32,000 nucleotides of DNA, from NCBI GenBank assembly GCA_047651235.1, contig CP178758.1, positions 2,010,001 through 2,042,000 of the forward strand. The letters are read 5' to 3'. The notes beneath the pieces were generated by a model. That model saw only the letters and a list, made by a program, of their open reading frames with translations. It did no database searches and was not told the DNA's origin. This document shows, piece by piece, positions 17,732 to 26,965 of the stretch. A program made the position numbers and the translations under genes. Origin of the DNA: Candidatus Electrothrix yaqonensis (GTDB lineage Bacteria; Desulfobacterota; Desulfobulbia; Desulfobulbales; Desulfobulbaceae). The number at the start of each line of letters is the position of its first letter. The first letter of the stretch is position 1.

Positions 17732-18793
17732 ATGACAGCACCTGAAACAGCAGCGTCAAAATACAGCGAAGCCGGTGTTGATATCGACAAGGGCAACGCC
17801 TTTGTCTCCCGCATCAAAGACATCGTTGCAGCCACCCACAGCCGCACGGTTCTTGATAATATCGGCGGATTTTCCGGCCTGTTCAGCATCGGCAATGCCA
17901 ACTGTAAAGATCCGGTCCTGATCGCCTCAACAGACGGTGTGGGCACTAAACTAAAAATAGCCCAACTTTGCAATAAGCACGACACGATCGGAATCGATCT
18001 CGTGGCAATGTGTGTGAACGACATCGTGGTCAGCGGAGCAAAGCCTTTATTTTTTCTGGATTATTTCTCCTCCTCCTCGCTTGATCTGGATGTGGCCACA
18101 GATGTGGTCAGAGGCATTGCCGAGGGCTGCAAACAGGCTGACTGTTCCCTGATCGGCGGGGAAACTGCCGAGATGCCCGGTCTGTATCAGCCCGGTGATT
18201 ACGATCTGGCCGGTTTCTCGGTGGGTATTGCCGAGCGCGATAAAATCATCGACGGCAGCGAGGTCCGGGTAGGCAATAGAATTATCGGACTGGCTTCCTC
18301 CGGGCTGCATTCCAACGGCTATTCCTTGGTCCGCAAAATCTTCTTTGAAGAACTTGGACTGACTGTGGATGATGAGGTCGAGGCGTTAGGCTGCACAGTG
18401 GGGGAAGAGTTGATCAGACCCACACGAATTTATGTGCAGAGCATTGTCCGGGGGCTGCGGAATTTCCGTATCAGCGCTCTGATTCACAATACCGGCGGTG
18501 GTTTCTGGGATAATATTCCCCGCGTCCTGCCCAAGGGCTGTCAGGCCGTGATTGAGAAAACAAGCTGGGAACGACCGAAAATTTTTGACTTTCTCCAAGA
18601 TAAAGGCGAGATTCCGGAAGCGGAAATGTACCGGACGTTTAATATGGGCATCGGCATGATGGCTGTCCTGCCGGATGATGATGTGGATTTTGCCCTGCAG
18701 CATTTTACAGCAATGGGCGAACAGCCCTTTGTGATCGGAGAAATCCGGCGCAGCAACAGCGGTCCGGCGGTAAGCATACCCGGACTCGATTAG
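17732..18793 (+). CDS. purM: Phosphoribosylformylglycinamidine cyclo-ligase (AIR synthetase)
   Basis: 353 aa. SKYSEAGVDIDKGN, DGVGTKLKIA and GGETAEMPG are typical PurM motifs. Confidence 0.97.
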   Translation: MTAPETAASKYSEAGVDIDKGNAFVSRIKDIVAATHSRTVLDNIGGFSGLFSIGNANCKDPVLIASTDGVGTKLKIAQLCNKHDTIGIDLVAMCVNDIVVSGAKPLFFLDYFSSSSLDLDVATDVVRGIAEGCKQADCSLIGGETAEMPGLYQPGDYDLAGFSVGIAERDKIIDGSEVRVGNRIIGLASSGLHSNGYSLVRKIFFEELGLTVDDEVEALGCTVGEELIRPTRIYVQSIVRGLRNFRISALIHNTGGGFWDNIPRVLPKGCQAVIEKTSWERPKIFDFLQDKGEIPEAEMYRTFNMGIGMMAVLPDDDVDFALQHFTAMGEQPFVIGEIRRSNSGPAVSIPGLD

Positions 18794-18817
18794 TTTCTTT
18801 CGCTGCACGGCAGGTTC

Positions 18818-19339
18818 TCAGAGATCTCGGAGAGCTGCGCAGTCTGCTGTTCCGCCCTTGAGCTTATAGAGCCCGTGGGTAAGGGCGGGCAGCACCACTT
18901 CAATATTTTCTTTTGCCGCCTTTGCACTGCCCGGCAGATTGATCATCAGGCTCTGGCCACGGATTCCGGCAATCCCCCGTGACCAGACCGCATTCCGGGT
19001 CTTGGCAAAACTCGCCTGCCGCATGGCCTCCCCGATGCCGGGTATCTCCAGCTCAATGACCCTGCGGGTGGCCTCCGGTGTCCGGTCGCTCGGTGACACC
19101 CCGGTCCCGCCTGTGGTGACGATCAGATCAATCTTCCGGTCATCTACCCACTCAATCAGGGTGGACTCAATCAGTTCCTGCTGATCCGGGATAATCGTAT
19201 ATACCTTGACCGTGAACCCCTGCGCTGTCAGGAGATCCCGGAGCAGAGGGCCGGAAGTATCCTGCCGCTTTCCGGCAGCCCCTTTATCGCTGATGGTCAG
19301 GACACCGCAGGTATATAATTTTGTGTCTGTGTTGTGCAT
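18818..19339 (-). CDS. mog: MogA/MoaB-family molybdenum cofactor biosynthesis protein
   Basis: ORF 18818..19366. The Met at 19339 is preferred because it avoids overlap with trmFO. GVLTISDKGA ... DLIVTTGGTGVSPSDRTPEAT is the MoCF_biosynth signature. Confidence 0.85.
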   Translation of the reverse strand: MHNTDTKLYTCGVLTISDKGAAGKRQDTSGPLLRDLLTAQGFTVKVYTIIPDQQELIESTLIEWVDDRKIDLIVTTGGTGVSPSDRTPEATRRVIELEIPGIGEAMRQASFAKTRNAVWSRGIAGIRGQSLMINLPGSAKAAKENIEVVLPALTHGLYKLKGGTADCAALRDL

Positions 19340-19362
19340 TGTACCTGTTACGTTTAGCCGGA

Positions 19363-20670
19363 TCAAATTTCCTTCCGCCAGTCCTCCAGCAGGTGCAGAG
19401 CCTGCTCTGCTCTGTATCTGCCCCGGTCCCGTTTGCGCATTTTTTTCTCCAGCAGCGGAAAAAGGCCGAAGTTGACATTGGACGGCTGAAAATGCGCCGG
19501 ATCAGATTGGGTCAGATGACGGATCAGCGCGCCATGAGCCGTTGTCAGAGGCGGCAGGTTTATCGATTTGTCGGTAAGGAATCGGGCTGCGTTGATGCCT
19601 GCCAGCAGGCCCATCGCCGCAGATTCCACATACCCCTCCACGCCGGAAAGCTGGCCAGCCAGAAACAGACCGGGCCGTTTTTTCATCTGCAGGGTGCTAT
19701 CCAAGAGTTCGGGAGCGCAGATAAAGGTGTTGCGGTGGATGGAACCGAGGCGGACAAATTCAGCCTGTTCCAAACCGGGAATGGTGCGGAAGACCCGTTT
19801 CTGCTCCGAATAAGTGAGCTTGGTCTGAAAACCCACCAGATTATACATGCTGCCCTGCCGGTTTTCCGCCCGCAGCTGGACCACTGCATAAGGTCTTGCC
19901 CCGGTTTCCGGATGATCCAGCCCGACCGGCTTCATCGGCCCGAAACGCAGCGTCTCCGGTCCCCGTTCACACATTACTTCAATCGGCAGACAGCCCTCAA
20001 AATACTTCGCCTTTTCAAAGGATTTCAACGGCACCGTCTGTGCGTCCTGCAGCAGGGCAATAAAGGCTGCGTACTGCGCCTCGGTCATAGGGCAGTTCAG
20101 ATAATCACCCGGCGTTTCGTCATCCCAGCGGGATTTCCGATAAATGATGTCCATGTTCAGCGAATCCGCTGCAACAATCGGGGCAATGGCATCGTAAAAA
20201 GCAAGATGCTTTTCCCCGGTAAACTCCAGCAGAGCAGCGGTTAGAGCCTCGGAGGTCAGCGGCCCGGTGGCGAGAATGACCGGTGTGTCCGGTCCGGGCA
20301 GGGCGGTCACTTCCTCCCGGAAAATGGTGATGCGGGGATGTTCCGCTATCGTTTTGGTGATCACGGCGGCAAACTGTTCCCGGTCCACGGCCAGAGCCGT
20401 TCCGGCAGGCACGGCAGTGCTATCCGCCGCCCGCATGATCAGCGAGTCCAACCGCCGCATTTCTTCCTTGAGTAGGCCCACTGCTGAGTCCACCGCGTTG
20501 GAGCGCAGGGAGTTGGAGCAGACCAGCTCACCCAGCAGTTCTGATTCATGGGCCGGGCTGAACCGGATCGGTTTCATTTCGTACAGCTCAACAGCGCAGC
20601 CGCGTTCCGCTGCTTGCCAAGCTGCTTCGCAACCGGCCAGCCCGCCGCCGATAATTTGTATTTTCTTCAT
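19363..20670 (-). CDS. trmFO: Methylenetetrahydrofolate--tRNA-(uracil54-C5)-methyltransferase (FAD/folate dependent)
   Basis: 435 aa with an N-terminal FAD fold ([19 protein letters not shown]) and an overall Gid/TrmFO pattern. Confidence 0.93.
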   Translation of the reverse strand: MKKIQIIGGGLAGCEAAWQAAERGCAVELYEMKPIRFSPAHESELLGELVCSNSLRSNAVDSAVGLLKEEMRRLDSLIMRAADSTAVPAGTALAVDREQFAAVITKTIAEHPRITIFREEVTALPGPDTPVILATGPLTSEALTAALLEFTGEKHLAFYDAIAPIVAADSLNMDIIYRKSRWDDETPGDYLNCPMTEAQYAAFIALLQDAQTVPLKSFEKAKYFEGCLPIEVMCERGPETLRFGPMKPVGLDHPETGARPYAVVQLRAENRQGSMYNLVGFQTKLTYSEQKRVFRTIPGLEQAEFVRLGSIHRNTFICAPELLDSTLQMKKRPGLFLAGQLSGVEGYVESAAMGLLAGINAARFLTDKSINLPPLTTAHGALIRHLTQSDPAHFQPSNVNFGLFPLLEKKMRKRDRGRYRAEQALHLLEDWRKEI

Positions 20671-20984
20671 ATGTTAAATAAAAGCTGAACGAGAAAACTT
20701 CTGCACGGCCAAAACGATAATGGCCTTTGTCATGCCGCCACAGAAACATCGCTCCATTAATATGACTGATAATTTCCGAGAGGAGGGTAACTGCTGTTCC
20801 CGTTGAGACGCCATGAAACGACTCATAAAAATGCTCTGCTTCCGCTCCGGCATCTCACCGGTGCTCCGGACTTTCCGGACCGACTGGCAGACCGCCTGCT
20901 GTCCGGCGGTTGCGCCGTTCTGAAAATTATCAGAGTATTCTACGCATCTCCAGAACCTGGCTGACCTTTTGTGTAGCGGCAGTC

Positions 20985-21138
20985 AATCTCAAAAAAACAC
21001 CAGCAGATATACCGTAGCAAGGGCGATATGCATTGCCGCAAAGGGTAAGGCTTTGCGAACAAAACCGCCGAAGGACAGTTTGAGCTTGTGTTTATGAATA
21101 ATGGTGACAGCAACCAGGGTTGAAGCACTGCCGATGGG
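20985..21138 (-). pseudogene. Detached duplicate of the last about 50 codons of the permease gene (direct repeat of 21487-21640)
   Basis: 154 nt are roughly 90 percent identical by eye. It translates PIGSASTLVAVTIIHKHKLKLSFGGFVRKALPFAAMHIALATVYLLVFF*, against ...AALHITLATVYVLVFF* for the attached copy. Most differences are synonymous. Confidence 0.85.
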
Positions 21139-21155
21139 GGACTGTCGAGCAGTTC

Positions 21156-21413
21156 CTACGCAACTGCCCTTTCCCTTTTCGCTTTATTCTGTTGATTCCT
21201 TTTCGTGACAACGTACAAATTTTCTACCTTTGTCCTCGCCCAAGGTGTTTTTCGGAGGAATTTAAGGCTGGAATTCAACGTGGGATTATTAACAAAACAT
21301 CGTATCTTTGTCCAGCTTCCCAGTTTTTCCCAGCCGTAGCAATCAACAAGGAAATTGACGATGTCCTTTAAGGTTACACCGTGCAACGGGTCGTTCGGTT
21401 GTTCTTCACTCAT
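21156..21413 (-). CDS. VF530/DUF2132-family small putative DNA-binding protein
   Basis: 85 aa. [25 protein letters not shown]...[20 protein letters not shown] matches the family signature as I recall it. Confidence 0.75.
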   Translation of the reverse strand: MSEEQPNDPLHGVTLKDIVNFLVDCYGWEKLGSWTKIRCFVNNPTLNSSLKFLRKTPWARTKVENLYVVTKRNQQNKAKRERAVA

Positions 21414-21490
21414 AAGTCGGGCTGTTATTGTCTCAGGAAAAAGGAGTAGGGCTATGTGTCAGCCAATGATAATGTTTTTCTTTGTAAATC

Positions 21491-22867
21491 TCAAAAAAAC
21501 ACAAGCACATAGACCGTGGCAAGGGTGATATGCAGTGCCGCAAAGGGCAAAGCTTTGCGAACAAAACCTCCGAAGGACAGTTTGAGCTTGTGTTTGTGAA
21601 TAATGGTGACAGCAACTAGAGTGGAGGCACTGCCGATGGGCGTGAGGTTGCCGCCGAGGTTGGCGCCGAAGATCACGGACCACCAGAGCGGTGAGTCAGC
21701 TGCGGTTCCCTGGGCAGCAAGGATCTTGCCGAGCATGGCGGCCAGCGGAATATTATCCGTCACACTGCTGAAGGCAGCGGACGAGAAGAGCAGCGCACCG
21801 ATCCCGAAACGACTTTCCTCTTCACCGATAATTCGGGTGATGCCCTGGCCGATCAGTTCCAGCACCCCGGCGTATTCCAGCATATGGATCACCACAAACA
21901 GGGCCATGAAAAAGCCGATCAGGTCCCAGTCAACCGCTTTATAAAATTGGTCCACCTCATGCTTGAAGCGGATCAGCATGATGAGGGCAAAGGTCAGGGC
22001 CACGTAGCCCATGCCCAGACTGCTGACCACCGGCAGAACAGAGGTGGTGGCAATCACCAGAATGAACGCGCCCAGCATAATCGCACCGAACCAGAAGAAT
22101 CCCTGGCTCTCAATGCCGTCGTTCTCATCGAACCCGGCAACATGCTGCTTGGCTGCGGCGATCTCCTCGGCATCGCTCAGCTTCCTAATCCTGAAGAGAC
22201 GGGCACCCAGCCAGATGGTGGCACAGGTGGCCACGAGCACGTAGGGACTGGCCTTGAGGAAAAAGGTCATAAAGCTGATACCGGCGGTGGTGCCGATAAT
22301 GATATTGGGCACCGAACTGATCAGGGTGAGCAGGCCGCCGATATTGGTGAGTAGTCCCTCAATCAGCAGAAAGCCCAGCAACTGCTCTTCCCGCTGCAAC
22401 CGCTTCAGGGAGACTGCGGACAGGGAACCGACAATGATCATGGCGGTCACGTTGTTCAGCACGGCAGAAAACACCACGGTCATGATCCCGTAGTACCAGA
22501 GCAGCTTCAGGGGATCACCGCAGGAGAGCTTGGTGAGTTTAATGGCAATCCAGGTGAACAGACCGGAGCGGGAGGTCACATCGACAAAGATACTGGAGCC
22601 GATAATGATGGCGATCACGCCCCAGTCAATGGCTTCAATATACACCGGCATGTTGAGCGTATGCCCATTCGGCAGGGTAATCGGGCCAAAGGGCAGCAGG
22701 CCCAGTGCCCCGTCCAGCAGCAACAGAGCTGCGGCAAACAGGCCAACGATCAGGGATTTTTTGGCGTGTATCTTTTCTTCCAGTGCCAGAGAGACGATCA
22801 GCAGGACAAGAACACCGGTAAAAAAAATGGTGGTGCCATGCGAGGCATGGGTAACGGCATGTTCCAT
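21491..22867 (-). CDS. ArsB/NhaD-superfamily (SLC13-like) ion/anion permease
   Basis: 458 aa and polytopic (about 11-12 TM). It has the duplicated hairpin-type motifs NNVTAMIIV and GGNLTPIGSASTLV. Confidence 0.75.
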   Translation of the reverse strand: MEHAVTHASHGTTIFFTGVLVLLIVSLALEEKIHAKKSLIVGLFAAALLLLDGALGLLPFGPITLPNGHTLNMPVYIEAIDWGVIAIIIGSSIFVDVTSRSGLFTWIAIKLTKLSCGDPLKLLWYYGIMTVVFSAVLNNVTAMIIVGSLSAVSLKRLQREEQLLGFLLIEGLLTNIGGLLTLISSVPNIIIGTTAGISFMTFFLKASPYVLVATCATIWLGARLFRIRKLSDAEEIAAAKQHVAGFDENDGIESQGFFWFGAIMLGAFILVIATTSVLPVVSSLGMGYVALTFALIMLIRFKHEVDQFYKAVDWDLIGFFMALFVVIHMLEYAGVLELIGQGITRIIGEEESRFGIGALLFSSAAFSSVTDNIPLAAMLGKILAAQGTAADSPLWWSVIFGANLGGNLTPIGSASTLVAVTIIHKHKLKLSFGGFVRKALPFAALHITLATVYVLVFF

Positions 22868-22869
22868 GA

Positions 22870-23721
22870 TTACAGCATCAGCAGAGGGAGTTGGCGTAAT
22901 TCAACCGCCAGGGGATAAGCCAGCCCGTGCATGGCCAGCTGCTCGTCATCCTTGGTATTCATGACCAGCAGGTTGACCGCATGCGACTCTATTGCCTGTT
23001 GATATTCCGTCAGATGATGCCCAAAACTGACCAGCGGGTGGACCTTGAGGGACAGCCCCTGGGCCTCAAGAACCTCCTGGCAAGAGCTGGTGTAATGAAT
23101 GGGGTCCTCAAGCAACTGGTGCGCTATCCGCTCCCTGGCCTCATCCGTATCAATGCTGGGTATCTTGGAAATGGCATTGATGTAGCGCTCAAAGACCGCC
23201 TTGTCCTCAATATGCGCCAGATAGAGATCACCATACGGTGCCACAAAACTAACCGCATGGTTGACCAGCGCATGATTGTTTGCCAGCTGATCCGTAATTG
23301 CCATGACCACCTTGATTTCCCGGAGGACATCGGCATTGGCATAGCCTGCCTCTGGGTGCGGCATGACCAGTACCGGCGCAGCGGTTCGCTGGAGTAGCAC
23401 ATCCAAGTGTTCGCCCAGGCTGTGCCGGTATTTCCAGGCCCTGCTGTGCAGATTCCGATAGGTGCAAATCAGGTCAGGGCGGCGGGCGGTCACTTTTTCG
23501 AGCAGTTCAGTGGTGGTGCGGAACTCTTCTCCATGCACCAGCTCAACTTCTGCTTTCTTGAGATTGGCCGCATAATCCAGCGTCTGCCGGACAAACGCCT
23601 GGCTCCGGGCGGCGTCAGCATCCGTGACGAACAGCACACGGGGAAATGCCACGGCCTCGTACTCAAAGGCATCATGCGCCGCTGCCCGGAAGACACTTTC
23701 AAATTGATCTATTTGGGTCAT
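22870..23721 (-). CDS. Tandem universal-stress-protein-like protein
   Basis: 283 aa in two USP-like halves ending APVLVMPH and NLLVMNTKDD...LPLLML. The classical ATP-binding Gly motif is not evident. It is adjacent to the permease, with a 2-nt gap. Confidence 0.5.
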   Translation of the reverse strand: MTQIDQFESVFRAAAHDAFEYEAVAFPRVLFVTDADAARSQAFVRQTLDYAANLKKAEVELVHGEEFRTTTELLEKVTARRPDLICTYRNLHSRAWKYRHSLGEHLDVLLQRTAAPVLVMPHPEAGYANADVLREIKVVMAITDQLANNHALVNHAVSFVAPYGDLYLAHIEDKAVFERYINAISKIPSIDTDEARERIAHQLLEDPIHYTSSCQEVLEAQGLSLKVHPLVSFGHHLTEYQQAIESHAVNLLVMNTKDDEQLAMHGLAYPLAVELRQLPLLML

Positions 23722-23958
23722 TTGGTCACCGTAGTACTGTGAGGATAAGCAGGATGGCTTGCCCTCTCAGCAGACAGGGTTCAGAGAGTAATAGCTTCAC
23801 AGCTATTAGTAACAGGAATGAAATCGTTCTGTCAACAAACGCTTGCAGCGATCCATTATAGGTTGGTCGCAGCACCCGGCCTGTCCTTATCCTTCTTGCT
23901 CTTTCCTCCGCAATAGGGTATCTCATTGGAGATAATGATGAATCATTCTGGGTCGTAC

Positions 23959-24058
23959 GCCCCAGGGTTGAAACTATGTTCGGTGCGTCCCTCCGGGACG
24001 GCGGTTCTCCATTGTCCCTGAGGGACAAACGATAATAGCCCCGTGATTTATCGCGGGG
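23959..24058 (+). repeat. Hairpin-rich about 100-bp repeat, copy 1 (partner at 26238-26337)
   Basis: ccagggttgaaa...gtccctccgggacgg...ttgtccctgagggacaa...cgataatagccccgtgatttatcgcgggg aligns with the copy downstream of the STAND gene. The last 29 nt are identical. Confidence 0.75.
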
Positions 24059-24099
24059 GAACGTGTTGGTGGTTTTTGAAAGAGGAGCAGGAGGCAGTG

Positions 24100-26087
24100 A
24101 TGAAGGATAACAGGTTCGACAACAAAGACGGCGGAGACCAGAACATTGCCCAGGGGGATAGGGCTGTGAGCAAGGTCACCCAGACAAGCATCGGCAGTAA
24201 CAACGCCTCTACCGGCACAGGCGATATCAACATAACAAACAAGAACTATCTGCCCGCCGAAGCGGTGCCCTCCTCCATCCTTCCCAGCGAAGACTCCATC
24301 TTCCTCCACCGGGAGGAAGAACTATCCTGGCTGGACAACCACCTGCACCCGGACAAGGTGGTCGCCATCTGCGCACCAGGGGGCATGGGCAAGACCGCGC
24401 TGGCAGCCCGTGCTTTGGGTATCAGGGCTGAGGCTGATTTGGAGCAACAGGTTGCTGCGGCTCTAGGCAGTAAGCAGGCATTGCTGGTTCTGGACGGGGC
24501 TGAGGAGGCTGACGACCTGGATGCTGTGCTGCGTCTGCGCGGGACCTGCGGGGTGCTCATCACCACAAGGAAGCGGACCGACTGCGGACCCTTGCGCCTG
24601 GATCTACCACCCCTGCCTGAAGATCAGGCGGAAGAGGTGTTGCAGGCCTACAGCCAAGTGACCGGGGAGAAGGAGGCCATCCAAGGCATTGAGAAGATAC
24701 TGGGTGGCTGGCCCGTGGCCCTGCGTATTGCTGGTCATTATCTGCACAGTACCGGGGAGCCTGCGGCAGACTACCTGCGCTGGCTGAAGAAGCGGCCTTT
24801 CAGGAAGCTGCGGACTGGTGGCGAGCATCAGAAAGACAACGCGGCTCTGCTGCTGGAACGCAGTGTGGAGCAGGTGAGCGCGGATGCAGTCCTGGTGCTG
24901 CGGCTGGCCGGGGTGCTGGCCTTTGCGCCTATCAGCCTTATGTCGGTGATGTTTGTTTTGTCGACAGATGGTGAAGATCAGGAGGAGCTTGAGCTGCGCA
25001 GCATGGAGGCCGTGAATGAGCTGGTCAATTACGGGCTGCTGGAACGCCGGAAGGAGGGCCTGCATATCGGCCATGCCCTGATCCATGAGTATGCTGCTGG
25101 GCAGTTGGTTTTGGGGAAAGAGGAGCTGGGGCGGGTTGCTGCTTTTTATATTGATTGGTGCAAGGAACAGAGTGCTGCCGGGGTACCGGGCTATGTCCGC
25201 CTGGATGGGGAACGGGTGCATTGCCTGCGGTTGATTGGGGCCTGTTTGGAGAGGGAGTTGTGGAGGGAGGTGAAAGGGTTGGTCGGGGAGATGTGGGAGT
25301 ACCTTGACCGACAGGGCCATTGGACAGAGCAACTGGCTGCCGTAGAGATGCGCCTGACTGCGGCCCGGCAGGCAGGCGACCGCCAAGATGAGGCAATTTG
25401 CCTGAATAACCTGGGCTACACCTGTTGGCGGCGCGGGGAGCAGGAACAGGCCCTGCGCTGGTATGAACAATGCCTGCCCATACGCCGCGAGCTGGGCGAC
25501 CGGAAGAATGAGGGTGTAACCCTTAACAATATTGCTGTAATTTATTGGCAGCAAGGCAAATATGATGAGTGCTTGGAACAATGTAAGCAGAGTTTAAGCA
25601 TCCACCGAGAGATTGGCAACCGGAGGGAAGAAGGCGTAACCCTGAATAATATTGGCAGGGCTTATAAGACACAAGGCTATAATGAGAAAGCATTGCAGTA
25701 TTATGAACAGTGTCTGCCTATCGCACAAGAAGTTGGCGATAAGATCGGGGAAGGGATAACCCTGAATAACATTGCTGGCATCTATACCGTGCGCAAGGCA
25801 ACCATGCTATGAGTTTGAAGTATCTTAAACAAACATCAGGAATATACCAAGAGATTAGTGACAGGGCCGGAGAGTTACTAACATACTGGAACATCGGCCT
25901 CACTTATGAAGACATGGGCGATCTTGCCGAGGCAGAGAAATACATTACTCAGGCTATACAGATTGCTAAGGCCATTAGCCATCCTGAATTAATGACATAC
26001 CTTAAGGGGTTGGCAGCGGTACAGGCAAAGAGACGGGGGATGTATGGACAATTCCCTTTAAGTGCCCGTAGTGATGACTACCTATAG
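24100..26087 (+). pseudogene. STAND NTPase: NB-ARC-like P-loop domain plus TPR array, with a frameshifted 3' end
   Basis: The Met at 24100 follows AGGAGCAGGAGG. It has Walker A (APGGMGKTALA), Walker B (ALLVLDGAEE) and a GxP-like motif (GGWPVALRIAGHYL). There are 5 or more TPRs (LNNLGYTCW..., LNNIAVIYW..., LNNIGRAYK..., LNNIAGIY). The frame breaks at about 25783-25787 (atctataccgt) and the TPR reading YRAQGNHAMSLKYLKQ... continues in ORF 25809..26087. Confidence 0.8.
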
Positions 26088-26237
26088 TGATTTAGTGTGG
26101 AATCAGGTCGCATGGCATTTCGTCATCACCGTGTAGGGGCAAGCATGCCGTGTCCCTACGGAAATCCTCGCCCCCCCCACCACCTAAGGCGGTTCGCAAA
26201 CCGCCCGTGGCGTTTCCGGCATTCCACACAGGAGGCC

Positions 26238-26337
26238 CAGGGTTAAAAGGGCTCTATTCGCTTCGTCCTTTTGGGACGGCTTCCCTTGTCCCGTAGGGAC
26301 ATCCGATAATAGCCCCGTGATTTATCGCGGGGCGAGG
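26238..26337 (+). repeat. Hairpin-rich about 100-bp repeat, copy 2
   Basis: See 23959-24058. The two copies bracket the STAND NTPase gene in direct orientation. Confidence 0.75.
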
Positions 26338-26487
26338 CATGGTGGTTATCCGTCATCCCACACAGGGTGTTACCCTGTGCTGGTTAAATATAACCCCTTC
26401 GGGGTATGGTGCGTCGGCCTTTCTGCCGAAAGGGCTATATTTAGCCAGCCCGGTGCAACGCGCCGGGTGGTGTCCCTCCCTCCCCCG

Positions 26488-26574
26488 GTATGACTAGGCT
26501 CATACGCTCCGTATGACGAGGCTCATACCAGCCCATATGACTAGGCTCATACGCTCTGTATGACGGGGGTCATG
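26488..26574 (+). repeat. Tandem 23-25-bp repeat (about 3.7 units), each unit containing TATGA-N6-TCATA
   Basis: The units are gtatgactaggctcatacgctcc / gtatgacgaggctcataccagccca / tatgactaggctcatacgctct / gtatgacgggggtcatg. Confidence 0.85.
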
Positions 26575-26607
26575 TTTCCCTTCCCCACTGCTGATTCACT
26601 CGGTACC

Positions 26608-26844
26608 AGCATGCTGACTCAGGCCGAAACAGTGGCTCGAAATGTTCCGAAATGGATCAGCGAGGCCGGATTCACAGCCCTTTCTGTCGGCCCCGGTCAT
26701 GCCCAGCTTGCCGGGGAATGGGAAATGTCGCACCGTGACCCCTTTGACCGAATGCTTGCGGCCCAGGCAAAGCTGGAAAATATCGTTCTGGCAAGCGTTG
26801 ACAAAGAATTGAGACGATTCCCTGTTCAAATCATGAGGAAATAA
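26608..26844 (+). pseudogene. C-terminal half of a COG3744-type PIN toxin gene, copy 1
   Basis: VPKWISEAGFTALSVGPGHAQLAGEWEMSHRDPFDRMLAAQAKLENIVLASVDKEL carries the HRDPFDR-L-AQA motif. The N-terminal DTH/SxWE half is absent. A 77-codon ORF from the ATG at 26611 is possible. Confidence 0.65.
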
Positions 26845-26965
26845 AGGGGGAGGGGCCAGCATAATGTTTCCGGGAGAGCAGGCTTGGAGTTCGGCGCATG
26901 CTTCGGTATAAAAAGGATCGAAAACCGTGTGCGGCGAGGCGTCTGCAGAAGGGGCAGGATGCGAG

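Noticed and set aside
19321-20244. 307-aa plus-strand ORF
   Set aside because: It is antisense to trmFO and has no motifs.
20670-20985. Possible small gene or terminator between trmFO and the permease-tail remnant
   Set aside because: Only short ORFs without start signals are present. The palindromes (accgccggacagcaggcggt, ggtccggaaagtccgga) lack a following U-run, so no confident call is possible.
24604-25581. 325-aa minus-strand ORF rich in P/Q/L
   Set aside because: It is antisense to the STAND NTPase gene, which has clear motifs. It is low-complexity and is a typical shadow ORF.
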